Notes under the pieces: model-generated | What the model was told of the DNA's origin: nothing | The model's input: only the letters and a program-made list of their open reading frames with translations | Database searches by the model: none | Assembly: GCA_964447495.1 (NCBI GenBank) | Contig: CAYUTF010000054.1 | Span: 1 to 22,660, forward strand | Length of the DNA stretch: 22,660 bases | From: an uncultured archaeon | GTDB taxonomy: Archaea > Asgardarchaeota > Lokiarchaeia > Sigyniarchaeales > SOKP01 | Direction: 5' to 3' | Position numbers and translations under genes: made by a program | In this document: positions 8,149 to 17,490 of the stretch, piece after piece | Layout: each line of letters starts with the position of its first letter | Position numbering within the stretch: the stretch's first letter is position 1

Positions 8149-9270
8149 TTGAAAACCATTACTGCATTATCATATTTTCATAGAAAAATTGGACCAATAG
8201 TTTTTTATGCTTATCCTGAAAATTTATTAGATGAACAATTATCTTTAAGAATAGCAAATATAATGGATCAGACTGTTAGTGAAGGGTTCTTTACTCATTC
8301 TTTTGAAAATAGAAAATCAATGAATTATTATTTTGAAATCCGATCCGATTGGGCTCGTGGAAATAAGGAAATGCTAATGGTTTCAATAGTCTTTGAAAGA
8401 CAAATTTCTCCTGATTTGGAAGCAAATGTATTTACGTTATGTTCTGAATTTTCTGAAAAACTATTAACTAATGAAAATATATTCACTGCGTTTTATATTA
8501 ATGATATTAATAATTTTGATGAGAAGGATAAAGATCTTATTATAAGTAATAATTCTCTAATTAAGTTATGGGTAAAAGAATTATATTGGGCTGTTTTAGA
8601 AGAGACTCGTGAAAGAAGTGAAGAAGAAAAAATTGCAACCATGCTAAATAAGAAACATGTATTTTCTACCCTTAGAAAGTTATCAAAAGGACCAGTTACA
8701 TTAGAAGGCTTGAGAGAATGGTTTGATGATCATTTCCCTGAACTAAGTTTTAAAGAACTTATTGATACTCTAGTAGAAAAACAATTTATTTTTATTAATC
8801 AAATAGGAATTGTAGAAAAATACGTGCTATTGTTAAAAGAAGTAAACGCTGAGAGAATACCACCGGACAGTGTCATTGAATACATAGAAGAATCACCAGA
8901 ACAAGTAGAGAGGGAATTAATTGATCTGTTACTTCCTAAAGTTCAAGATTATTTTAGTATTTATGAAAATAACACTAAGGAAGAATTAGAAGACGATACC
9001 TATACTTTATTTCAAATTGTATCCGATCCTAAGAAATATAATGTACTTTCAGAGCTTAGGAATGGTTTAATTTCAAAAGATAATTTACCGAAATTAGTAT
9101 CAAAAAGAACATTGGAATATTTAAATACATCTTTAAATTTTCTTAAAAAGCATGATATTATCGAGGAGTTAAAGTTTAAAAATAAAAGATATATTGTGTT
9201 AAAAACAAATATACAAATAACTACTTCTTTTCCGGAATATCTGAGAAAATTATTACCTAAAGAAGGTTAA
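8149..9270 (+). CDS. longin/uDENN-like domain protein with C-terminal winged-helix-like repeats
   Basis: N-term LSYFHRKIGPIVFYAYP and FEIRSDWARGNKEMLMVSI match the F..xGP and RG patterns of uDENN/longin domains. C-term has two helix-helix-wing segments (IDTLVEKQFIFI..KYVLL; LNFLKKHDIIEE..RYIVL). Confidence 0.7.
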   Translation: MKTITALSYFHRKIGPIVFYAYPENLLDEQLSLRIANIMDQTVSEGFFTHSFENRKSMNYYFEIRSDWARGNKEMLMVSIVFERQISPDLEANVFTLCSEFSEKLLTNENIFTAFYINDINNFDEKDKDLIISNNSLIKLWVKELYWAVLEETRERSEEEKIATMLNKKHVFSTLRKLSKGPVTLEGLREWFDDHFPELSFKELIDTLVEKQFIFINQIGIVEKYVLLLKEVNAERIPPDSVIEYIEESPEQVERELIDLLLPKVQDYFSIYENNTKEELEDDTYTLFQIVSDPKKYNVLSELRNGLISKDNLPKLVSKRTLEYLNTSLNFLKKHDIIEELKFKNKRYIVLKTNIQITTSFPEYLRKLLPKEG

Positions 9271-9458
9271 ATTTATTTCTTAATTAAGAGAAAAGTGATT
9301 TACTCTGCAATTTTTTCAATCCTAAAGACTTATTTTGATTAAGAAGGTTTATTTACAAATACGATTTTATTTTAAATAATTTGGATTTATGATTTTTAAA
9401 TCAGACAATAATAAAGAAGTTACTTTATATTCTTTGAAGAATTAAACAAAGATTTAAT

Positions 9459-9719
9459 ATGGTGGAAGATGACGAATCTTTAGAAGATTTAAAGTATCTT
9501 TTAGGTAATATGGGAATTGATATTCTATTCGCAATAGGGGAGGGCGCCAGTGATTTTGAAACAATTAAAATTTTTTCAGGGTTACCCTTAATTTGTGTAA
9601 AAGGTAGAATACCTGTTTTACTTGAGCTAAACCTTGCCAATATGGATAATGAAAAGTATTATTTAACTGAAAAAGGGTTAAAATTAAAAAAAAAAATGAA
9701 TTCAAGTTCAAAGAAGTAA
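9459..9719 (+). CDS. small winged helix-turn-helix protein
   Basis: ILFAIGEG..FETIK..SGL..VKGRIPVLLELNL..KYYLTEKG, with the typical YxLTxKG wing. Confidence 0.75.
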   Translation: MVEDDESLEDLKYLLGNMGIDILFAIGEGASDFETIKIFSGLPLICVKGRIPVLLELNLANMDNEKYYLTEKGLKLKKKMNSSSKK

Positions 9720-9724
9720 TTTAA

Positions 9725-9797
9725 ATTTCAGATTGGGGCGACAACGTCATTGCTACGAGCAATAGCTCTAATCTTTTGTCATAAGTTCATCATCAAT
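9725..9797 (-). ncRNA. box C/D 2'-O-methylation guide sRNA (predicted target 23S rRNA Gm2251, E. coli numbering)
   Basis: Minus strand: box C ATGATGA (9793-9787), D'-like TAGA (9770-9767), stem GCTA/TAGC, C'-like ATGACG (9750-9745), guide TTGTCGCCCCAAT (9744-9732), box D CTGA (9731-9728). Confidence 0.75.
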
Positions 9798-10287
9798 CTA
9801 AATTATTATTATCTAAGTCATTTTTAGTTAAATATTTTTTGTAATATTTTTTTTGATAATACCCTGGTTCTTTATAGCCCCCAATTTTGTTGACTAGGTT
9901 ACTTAAACCTCCATCCTGAGAAATAATTGATTTTAGCATAGTATATAAATCTTTTGAGATTTCATTTCGTTTTAATAAATAATCTAAGATATCTAAAGCA
10001 TCGTTTAAAGTACTGCATCGCCGAATGAAGTCAAAAACTCCAGGATTTTTTAGATCTTCTTTATAATCTTTAAAAGGATCGGTTTTTTCTTTTTCTATAC
10101 TATCTTTTTTTACCCGTACAGCATTTATAGGGATTTTTTTTTTCCCTTGTATAATTTCTGATGTTAAATTTGGAAAATATTTTTTTAATTCTTCTTTATC
10201 ATAAAGAATTTTTAAGCCATCTTCTCTGTTTATTTCTGATTTTTTAATAACCTTTTTTCTATCTTTAAGATCTTCTTCTCTTTCCAT
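9793..10287 (-). CDS. DUF2095-family protein
   Basis: KKYFPNLTSEI, NPGVFDFIRRC, ALDILDYLLKRNEIS, KEPGYY pattern of archaeal DUF2095. Confidence 0.75.
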   Translation of the reverse strand: MEREEDLKDRKKVIKKSEINREDGLKILYDKEELKKYFPNLTSEIIQGKKKIPINAVRVKKDSIEKEKTDPFKDYKEDLKNPGVFDFIRRCSTLNDALDILDYLLKRNEISKDLYTMLKSIISQDGGLSNLVNKIGGYKEPGYYQKKYYKKYLTKNDLDNNNLD

Positions 10288-10490
10288 TATTGATGAACAT
10301 TTCTTTTAAAAGTACTCACTAAAGATTGTTTAACATAATTTGCTTAAAAATAAATAATTATGGATTAAAATTTATCAAGGAAAGATTCATAATGAAAAGA
10401 ATGAAAGTTAATTTAGAGTAGACAAAAAACAATAAAATTAATTAATTTTTCATTATTTTAAACATCTATATAAATTCGTTTGTGTATATT

Positions 10491-11075
10491 ATGAAGTCTG
10501 GATATGCTTATGTAAAGGAAACTTTTGAAAAACACGAAAAAGAATATCAATCAACGCAATGGAAAAGAGGGATAGAATACCGTAAAGGAAAAACAATTCA
10601 GAGAATTGAAAACCCTACTAATATCCCTCGCGCTAGAAATTTAGGATACAAAGCTAAGCAAGGATTTGTTACAGTAAGAGCGAGAGTCAGAAAAGGGGGC
10701 ATGCATAAAGTAAGACCAAAAAGGGGTAGAAAACCTCGTGCGCTAGGTGTCTCCAAGTATACTCCGGGTAAAAATTTACGTTGGATTGCTGAAGAACGAG
10801 CTCAGAGAAAATACCCAAACATGGAGGTACTTAATAGTTATAAAGTCTACTCTGATGGAAAAAATTGGTATTATGAAGTTATTTTAGTCGATCCTCATCA
10901 TCCCGTTATAAAAAGCGATCCAAAAATTAATTGGATTTGTGAAGCTCATCAAAAAAGGAGAGTTAACCGTGGTTTAACCTCAGCTGGAAAACATGCTCGA
11001 GGTCTAAATAAGAAAGGATGGGGCTCTGAGAGAACTCGCCCAAGCATTAGAGCAAATCAAGGAAGAGGTAAATAA
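10491..11075 (+). CDS. rpl15e: 50S ribosomal protein L15e
   Basis: ARNLGYKAKQG, RVRKGG, IAEERAQRKYPNMEVLNSY, YEVILVDPHHP, RGLTSAGK; ATG at 10491 preferred. Confidence 0.97.
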   Translation: MKSGYAYVKETFEKHEKEYQSTQWKRGIEYRKGKTIQRIENPTNIPRARNLGYKAKQGFVTVRARVRKGGMHKVRPKRGRKPRALGVSKYTPGKNLRWIAEERAQRKYPNMEVLNSYKVYSDGKNWYYEVILVDPHHPVIKSDPKINWICEAHQKRRVNRGLTSAGKHARGLNKKGWGSERTRPSIRANQGRGK

Positions 11076-11251
11076 ATTCATCTCTCTACTTATATTTCAT
11101 ATTTTATCAAATTTCTAATTTTAAATCTAGAAATAAAACCTTTTAGATTAAATCCAAAATTAGGTTCAAGATTGTCCAAAACACAAGAACACAGATGAAG
11201 ATTGGTTTTAATATTTAAAAATGGTAAAATATTCTTAAAAAAATAAAACGA

Positions 11252-12061
11252 TTATAATTTATTAATGCTGCAAGTCATTCCTCCATCTAAAATTATATTT
11301 TGGCCTGTAATATAATCTGCAGACGGAGAAGCTAAAAATAGAGCGACGTTAGCGACATCAATCGTTTCACCAACTCTATTTATTGGAAGAGAGACCTTTC
11401 TTAATTTCATCCATTCCTTAATAAATTCTCGACTTTCATATATAGGAGTAAAAAATATACCTGGACAAATCGCATTTACAGTAATGTTATTAGCACCTAG
11501 TTCAAGAGCCCATAGTTTAGTAAACATAATAAGTCCCGCCTTGCTTACACTATAGATACCAATATAAGGATTTGCTCCACAATCTGTGCCAGCGCAGGAT
11601 GTGATGTTAATGATTTTTCCAGCAATTGGTTGAAATGTTTGGTTTTTCATCTTTTTATGGAACACTTTGATCATATTCCATGCTCCTTTTAAGTTGACAT
11701 TCATAATTCTATCATATTCTTCTTCCTTTGATTTCAGTGAAAAGCTACTCGCCTTTTTTCCAATTCCTCGTACTCCTGCATTATTTACCAAGATAAACAC
11801 ATTATCAAATTGACTAAAAACTTGTTTGCTGATTTCTTTTACTTCTTCAAAATTAGATATATCCGCTTTTGCAATAATGATATCACATTTTACAGATCTA
11901 AGGATAATCTCTCGAGTTTCTTCAAGGCTCTCCAAGTTAATATCGTTGATAACTAAGTTTGCACCTTTATTTGCAAATGATTTTGCCATTTCACGTCCAA
12001 AACCACTCCCCGCACCAGTAACTAGAACTACCTTACCTTCTAAAAATTTATTATCACTCAT
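11252..12061 (-). CDS. short-chain dehydrogenase/reductase (FabG-like)
   Basis: TGAGSGFG, NNAG, catalytic YSVSK, VNAICPG, ITGQ..DGG. Confidence 0.93.
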   Translation of the reverse strand: MSDNKFLEGKVVLVTGAGSGFGREMAKSFANKGANLVINDINLESLEETREIILRSVKCDIIIAKADISNFEEVKEISKQVFSQFDNVFILVNNAGVRGIGKKASSFSLKSKEEEYDRIMNVNLKGAWNMIKVFHKKMKNQTFQPIAGKIINITSCAGTDCGANPYIGIYSVSKAGLIMFTKLWALELGANNITVNAICPGIFFTPIYESREFIKEWMKLRKVSLPINRVGETIDVANVALFLASPSADYITGQNIILDGGMTCSINKL

Positions 12062-12103
12062 TTTGTCTCACTTTTTATTTGTATTTATAAAAAATTATAG
12101 AAA

Positions 12104-13840
12104 TTATTTTCCAAATAAACCTTTACTTTTCTTATAAGTTGCTAAAAATTTTCCTGCTGTAGGGGATTCAAACGCAACATCTACATCTATAACACTAGGT
12201 TTCTTCGAGGTCATAGCTCGTTTTATTGCTGCAGCTATCTGCTCTGGCTTATCTACTTTTTCTGCGTAACACCCAAAACTTTTTGCTATTTCAGCATAAT
12301 TTATTTTAGGCAAATCTACATCACAATATCGTTTCTGCATGGCATTTTTTTGATTAGTCTTTAACATTCCCCATGCACAGTTATTAGCGATTATTATTAT
12401 TATTGGTAAGTTTAACCTTACAGCTGTTTCTAACTCTTGTACATTAAAGAGAAAACTTCCATCTCCATTTATACATACTACAGGTTTATCAGGTTTGGCA
12501 AGTTTCGATCCAATTGCATAACATACTCCTACACCTAAATGTCCCATCCCTAGTGAAGTAAAAGTGCTTCTTGGGAAGCGTTGAAAATTTGAGATAAGCC
12601 CATACGTGAAGAGTGCAATATCTCCACCGTCGACCACTAATAAAGTATCAGGAGGTATAGTTTGAAGTACTTCAGCTACAAATCTTTGAGGTTTCATTGG
12701 TTCTTTATTTGATTCAATTATTTTTTCTAGTATGGTATTATCATTCTTGCGAGCATCTTGTAAATAGTCATTCCACTGGCTCCATTCCGATACTTTTTCT
12801 TTTGGTAATTTCTCTTCTAAAGCTTTCAATAATTGATCCAGTACAGCTTTCACATCTGCGACTATTCCAACCTCAATTGGTCTATTTTTTCCAATTTCAT
12901 TTGGATCTATATCCACTTGAATGATTTTTTGCTTTTGATTCCAAATAGGTGCTGTGCCATAAAAAGTAGTATAATCCCATTTGCATCCTAAAGATAAAAT
13001 TACGTCTGCTTCTGAAGCAGCTCTTCGAAACGTACTTGCTATTGGATATGATCCTGCATATGTTTTTTGATTAATACTAATTGAGCCAAGCCCCATTAAA
13101 GTTGTTAAAGCTGGAATTTGATATGTTTCAGATAATTTAATTAAATCTACAGAGGCTTCTGAAGCTATTGTACCGCCTCCTGCAATTATTAAAGGTCTTT
13201 TTGCTTCTTTTAAAATATTTATAGATGCGTTTATAACGTCTGGATTGGCACTTGGTCTATAAAAGGATCTATATCTTTCAGGATCAATTATTTTATTTAT
13301 ATCTTCCTCATTAGCTTTCCTTACTAAAGCAGTTTCTCTTAACTCTAGATATACTGGTCCTCTCCTTCCCGTCATAGCTGCTTTGATGCATTTTTGAACT
13401 GCTTGTGGTATTTCATATGGATCCTCAACAGAAATTTGTAATTTAGTTATAGGTTTCATTAAACTCATCTGATCCAAACCACCTTGTAAAATCCCCGTAT
13501 CATCGAACATTCGAGCAATCTGAGCTCCAATAACAAGAACTGGAATAGAATCAGCATTTGCAGCTGCGACTGCGGGCACTAAATGTGATACTCCAGGTCC
13601 AGCTGTTCCAAGACATACCCCAATTTTTCCTGTTGCCCTAGCCCACACATCAGCCATATGACCGCCTGCTTGTTCATGTCTTACCATTACAGTGTCAATT
13701 CCTGCTTCTCTGCCCCATCTTACAATGGCATCATAAATTCTTACCAATTCACCACCAATAATACCAAAGATTTTTGTAATGCCCTCTTTTAGAAGGCATT
13801 TGATAAGTAAATCTCCACCATCAATATCTTGCTTAGACAT
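12104..13840 (-). CDS. thiamine pyrophosphate-dependent enzyme (acetolactate synthase / 2-hydroxyacyl-CoA lyase-like)
   Basis: RHEQAGGHMAD, TAGPG, GRRGPVYLE, QVDID, TPP-binding GDGSF...NN. Confidence 0.92.
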   Translation of the reverse strand: MSKQDIDGGDLLIKCLLKEGITKIFGIIGGELVRIYDAIVRWGREAGIDTVMVRHEQAGGHMADVWARATGKIGVCLGTAGPGVSHLVPAVAAANADSIPVLVIGAQIARMFDDTGILQGGLDQMSLMKPITKLQISVEDPYEIPQAVQKCIKAAMTGRRGPVYLELRETALVRKANEEDINKIIDPERYRSFYRPSANPDVINASINILKEAKRPLIIAGGGTIASEASVDLIKLSETYQIPALTTLMGLGSISINQKTYAGSYPIASTFRRAASEADVILSLGCKWDYTTFYGTAPIWNQKQKIIQVDIDPNEIGKNRPIEVGIVADVKAVLDQLLKALEEKLPKEKVSEWSQWNDYLQDARKNDNTILEKIIESNKEPMKPQRFVAEVLQTIPPDTLLVVDGGDIALFTYGLISNFQRFPRSTFTSLGMGHLGVGVCYAIGSKLAKPDKPVVCINGDGSFLFNVQELETAVRLNLPIIIIIANNCAWGMLKTNQKNAMQKRYCDVDLPKINYAEIAKSFGCYAEKVDKPEQIAAAIKRAMTSKKPSVIDVDVAFESPTAGKFLATYKKSKGLFGK

Positions 13841-13971
13841 AAAGTGGGGTTATTAAGAATAAAAGATAAATCTTGTCAATATGAAAAATAATCAATCAAT
13901 AAATAAATTGATTTAGTGAGTAAAAAACGGTAAATGTGTAAGTTAATTAATGTTATTATAAACTAATACTC

Positions 13972-15261
13972 TTATTTTATGGTTTCAGCGAAATCTAATT
14001 TTCCTGTTGGTTGTTTTATTGGAAATATTCCTTTAAGAATCATTGATTTTAATTCTTCAGCTAACTTTATTGCACCATGCCTATCAGATTGCCTTAAAAC
14101 GATGGGAATTTCTTTTCCTTCAAAATTGATTGTTTTTAGATCTAAATTGAATGCGTCTGGACAAATTTTAACACATGTTCCACAATTGAAACAACGAGTA
14201 CGATCAATTGCAACAACTCGATTATCTCTAATTTTGAAAGCGTTGGTAGGGCAAATATCAATAACATGACACTCATTACAATTTTTGCAAGCATTCGGAT
14301 TAAATTTCATAAGAAAATTTTTTTCCCATACATCTCCATATGTTATCTCACCAACTTTCTCTCTTCCAACTAAACTTAGAATCTGTAATGGGACAGTTTT
14401 ATCTGATTTTACGATATTTTTAAATATTTTTTCATTTAATATTGGAATGGGGACCGCTATACTACAGATTGGTTCTAGACCATAAGATGTCCTAAAAGCA
14501 CCCATATATTCTGGTTTCATTCTATCCATTCGTGCTATCGTCATCATATTAGGTTTTTCGATATAATTCCTAGTACCTGGTCCCATTAAATATCCTATAC
14601 TCCCATTAACTAAAATTGGCGAGCCTACACCTAAAGTATTAAAATCAGGATCATTTTGAAAAGGATTAAGGGCACCACATCCTGAAAAAGTAATTTCTGT
14701 CTTATTTGCTCCAAATGGAAGACTAGAAAATATTGTATTCACTTTGACGTCCTCACAATTAATCATAGCATTATAATTTTTAATTGCTTGTCTTGTACCC
14801 ATCATTTTTGCAAACTGCATTTGGTCAAGAGTAATTTCTTTATCGATAATAGTGCCTTCACTACTTTTTGCGATTATCTCTACTTTTTTACGTTCTACTA
14901 AATCTCTAAATAATAACCCTCCACAGTAACTCTTTTTTGTTTGACTTTGTGTTGTTCCGTACACAATAAGGTCAGCAATTCCCAAATATTCATTCGGACA
15001 AGGACCTGAAAATGCATTTATCCCATTTAGAGTAATTTCAGTGAATTTTCGTAGAGTTTTAGGTGGTGAGAGTCTTATAGAAAAAATCCCCATAATTCCA
15101 CTCATTAAGGCTTTAGTAGCAGTAGTAATGATATCTACATCTTCAAATTCAACTTTTTCACCATCAGCAATGTGATCAATAAACTCTTGAACAGTTAGAA
15201 TATTTACTGTGCCATTTTCAATCTTATTTTGTATATTTAGAAGACTCCTTTTATTAGACAT
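13972..15261 (-). CDS. DUF39 domain plus 2x[4Fe-4S] ferredoxin (methanogenesis marker 16 metalloprotein-like)
   Basis: DVDIITTAT, GPCPNE, FSGCGALNPFQNDP, PEYMGAF, CKNCNEC..CP and CFNCGTC...CP, LRQSDR; ATG at 15261 preferred over GTG 15270. Confidence 0.8.
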   Translation of the reverse strand: MSNKRSLLNIQNKIENGTVNILTVQEFIDHIADGEKVEFEDVDIITTATKALMSGIMGIFSIRLSPPKTLRKFTEITLNGINAFSGPCPNEYLGIADLIVYGTTQSQTKKSYCGGLLFRDLVERKKVEIIAKSSEGTIIDKEITLDQMQFAKMMGTRQAIKNYNAMINCEDVKVNTIFSSLPFGANKTEITFSGCGALNPFQNDPDFNTLGVGSPILVNGSIGYLMGPGTRNYIEKPNMMTIARMDRMKPEYMGAFRTSYGLEPICSIAVPIPILNEKIFKNIVKSDKTVPLQILSLVGREKVGEITYGDVWEKNFLMKFNPNACKNCNECHVIDICPTNAFKIRDNRVVAIDRTRCFNCGTCVKICPDAFNLDLKTINFEGKEIPIVLRQSDRHGAIKLAEELKSMILKGIFPIKQPTGKLDFAETIK

Positions 15262-15397
15262 GAATAGCACTTAAATTTTTAGAAACTTTATCAAATAAAA
15301 TGTTTATTTATAATAAAAATTTTTTATTATTCAATTACTTAGATTTCTTAAAGAAAGAATTAATTTTGCAGTATTCTATCTAGAGGTTTAACCATAA

Positions 15398-16117
15398 TTG
15401 CCATATTATGAACCCCGATTGAGTTTAGAATTAGAAAATTTCAGTAGTATGGAAAAATATTTTAAGTTATGTGAAATCCTTGGAATGAAAAATCTAATTG
15501 TCGAACTTAATAAAAGTCCCAAAAATTTAGAGCCCGATTTGATTGATAAAATTCGAATGCTTACAAAATTGAATCTGAATTTTAGATTCAATCTAAAGCC
15601 AGTAAATATGAACCAATTTAAAAAAGATTTGAAAATTTATAATAATTTTCCTTTTATACTTTCTATTGAAACTCCCGTTAAAGATATTCAGATTCAAGCT
15701 GCTAAAGACTCTAGAATAGATGTGTTATCTTATTCTAATCCCGATATTATGAAAACAATATCACCCGGAGTTATTTCTCTTATTAAACAGAGTGGAAGTT
15801 TTATTGAATTCTCAGTAGCGCCTATTATGGTGAATAATAGAACATATCAATCAAAAAATTTTCGCTTATTATATCGCTTTATACAGTTAATAATGAAGAT
15901 TAAACCAAATTATATTATCAGCGGAAATTTTGGAAATCCCTATGATTTAAGGCACCCTAGAAACTTGAGTAGTATTTGTCATACATTACTTGGGATGCCT
16001 TTAAGAAAGGCAAAAGAGGGATTTTCAAAAAATGTTGAATTATTATTAAATCAAGTGAAAATACGTTCCGAGAAAAATCATTTTCAATCAGGAGTTCGCT
16101 TAATTAGAGGTGAATAA
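15398..16117 (+). CDS. rnp3: ribonuclease P protein subunit Rpp30
   Basis: AAKDSRIDVLS, FIEFS, IISG...PYDLRHPRNL; directly upstream of pop5; GAGG before the TTG start. Confidence 0.85.
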   Translation: MPYYEPRLSLELENFSSMEKYFKLCEILGMKNLIVELNKSPKNLEPDLIDKIRMLTKLNLNFRFNLKPVNMNQFKKDLKIYNNFPFILSIETPVKDIQIQAAKDSRIDVLSYSNPDIMKTISPGVISLIKQSGSFIEFSVAPIMVNNRTYQSKNFRLLYRFIQLIMKIKPNYIISGNFGNPYDLRHPRNLSSICHTLLGMPLRKAKEGFSKNVELLLNQVKIRSEKNHFQSGVRLIRGE

Positions 16118-16445
16118 TGCATTAATGAAAGATGAAAGGCAAAGATATATTTTATTTAAAATTTTAATTGATGAAAATGAATTTCTAAACAAGAAAATAT
16201 TATTAAATTCAATATGGCATTCAATATGGAAATATTTTGGGATGAAGGAGGCTAATAAAATTGGTTTGTGGTTAGTTGAGTTTAATATTTCAGAAGGATA
16301 TGGAATAATTCGATGTTCTCACAAAACTAAAGAGATAGTTATATCTGCATTAACAATGATTAGTGAAATATTTGAAAAAAGAGTTATTTTATCTCCAATT
16401 AAAACAGCAGGAACTATTAATAAAATAAGACAATTTGTAATATAA
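16110..16445 (+). CDS. rnp2: ribonuclease P protein subunit Pop5/Rpp14
   Basis: RQRYILF, GIIRCSH, TAGTINK; overlaps the rpp30 stop. Confidence 0.9.
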   Translation: MNNALMKDERQRYILFKILIDENEFLNKKILLNSIWHSIWKYFGMKEANKIGLWLVEFNISEGYGIIRCSHKTKEIVISALTMISEIFEKRVILSPIKTAGTINKIRQFVI

Positions 16446-16463
16446 AAATTTGAAAGAGTTAAA

Positions 16464-16889
16464 ATGAGCAGAGAAATTCTTACAGATGCGATAATAAAAA
16501 AGAATGTAGGGTCTACAATAATTTTTCCAAATCTTTCGTTATCTGATGTTAAAATATTTCAAAATTATCCATATATCCTTATTATTCAACTATTTACAAA
16601 AAATTTTGCGAAATTAACTATTTATCCTCTAAGTAGAGAAACAGTTTTGAAAGTTATTTTTACAGGGTTTAATATTCAAAATAAAGAAATCGAAGAGATT
16701 ATTAAAAAATTACAAAATTTCAAAATTATTCATACTTCAGGGCTTACTTCGATAGATCATAAACGATATTATGAATGTTATTTAGACTTAAGTTTAGATG
16801 ATTTAAAATATAAAGATTTAAAAAGCGCTTTAGATAAAATTAAAAATATATTTGAAGATATAAAAATTGTAGAAATTTGTTTAAAATAA
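16464..16889 (+). CDS. hypothetical protein (possible C-terminal ACT/ferredoxin-like fold)
   Basis: 141-aa ORF 18 nt after pop5; IIHTSGL..YECYL beta-alpha pattern. Confidence 0.65.
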   Translation: MSREILTDAIIKKNVGSTIIFPNLSLSDVKIFQNYPYILIIQLFTKNFAKLTIYPLSRETVLKVIFTGFNIQNKEIEEIIKKLQNFKIIHTSGLTSIDHKRYYECYLDLSLDDLKYKDLKSALDKIKNIFEDIKIVEICLK

Positions 16890-16907
16890 AAGAACTATTT
16901 ATGAAAA

Positions 16908-17360
16908 ATGAAAACTTGGAATATTTCTCTTAATTACCCTGAACTTAATACCAAAGATTTGAAGTTATTTGATGTTTTTACCTTTTTCAATGGATATCTA
17001 AAGATTAAAAGAAGTTACTTTGAAAAATTGTCGAAAGCAATCAAAATGACTAAAAAATATATTATTGAAAAAGGCATTGCAAAAGTCATTAACCCAGAGA
17101 ATGAAGACTGGACAATGAATCCTTGGATGCTTTTACTGGTCAAAGATAATGAGAAGGAAAACCCTTTTTGGTTTTTAATAAAGAGAGAAAAGGATTTATC
17201 GGGAACTCTTGTAGCAATTGGACCAAAACCGTTTGTAGACTATAATTCAAGTTTAAATAATGAAGCTAAACGTGAATTAAAGAGATTGATTAATTTTATT
17301 GTAGTATATCTCAATAAATTTAATTGTATTATCCTTCTTCCAAATTATCTCACCTTTTAA
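16908..17360 (+). CDS. hypothetical protein
   Basis: 150-aa ORF in the same operon direction, followed by T-rich tracts. Confidence 0.7.
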   Translation: MKTWNISLNYPELNTKDLKLFDVFTFFNGYLKIKRSYFEKLSKAIKMTKKYIIEKGIAKVINPENEDWTMNPWMLLLVKDNEKENPFWFLIKREKDLSGTLVAIGPKPFVDYNSSLNNEAKRELKRLINFIVVYLNKFNCIILLPNYLTF

Positions 17361-17405
17361 TAATAGATATTACATTTTGGAGCGTTTTTTATAGAATACG
17401 AATAA

Positions 17406-17423
17406 TTTTTGTTTTTATTTTTT
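17406..17423 (+). terminator. oligo-T archaeal terminator candidate
   Basis: Dense T runs about 45 nt after the last gene of the rpp30 operon. Confidence 0.4.
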
Positions 17424-17490
17424 ACTACATCTTTTCTATTTGTTTAAATTGCATAAAAAAAAATTGATGTTTAAATAGTCTATAAGTAAA

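Noticed and set aside
9425-9640. - strand 71-aa ORF
   Set aside because: Antisense to the better supported wHTH gene.
11826-15591. ORFs 11826-12137, 12697-12924, 13979-14269, 14285-14485, 15406-15591
   Set aside because: Antisense overlaps of clearly identified genes.
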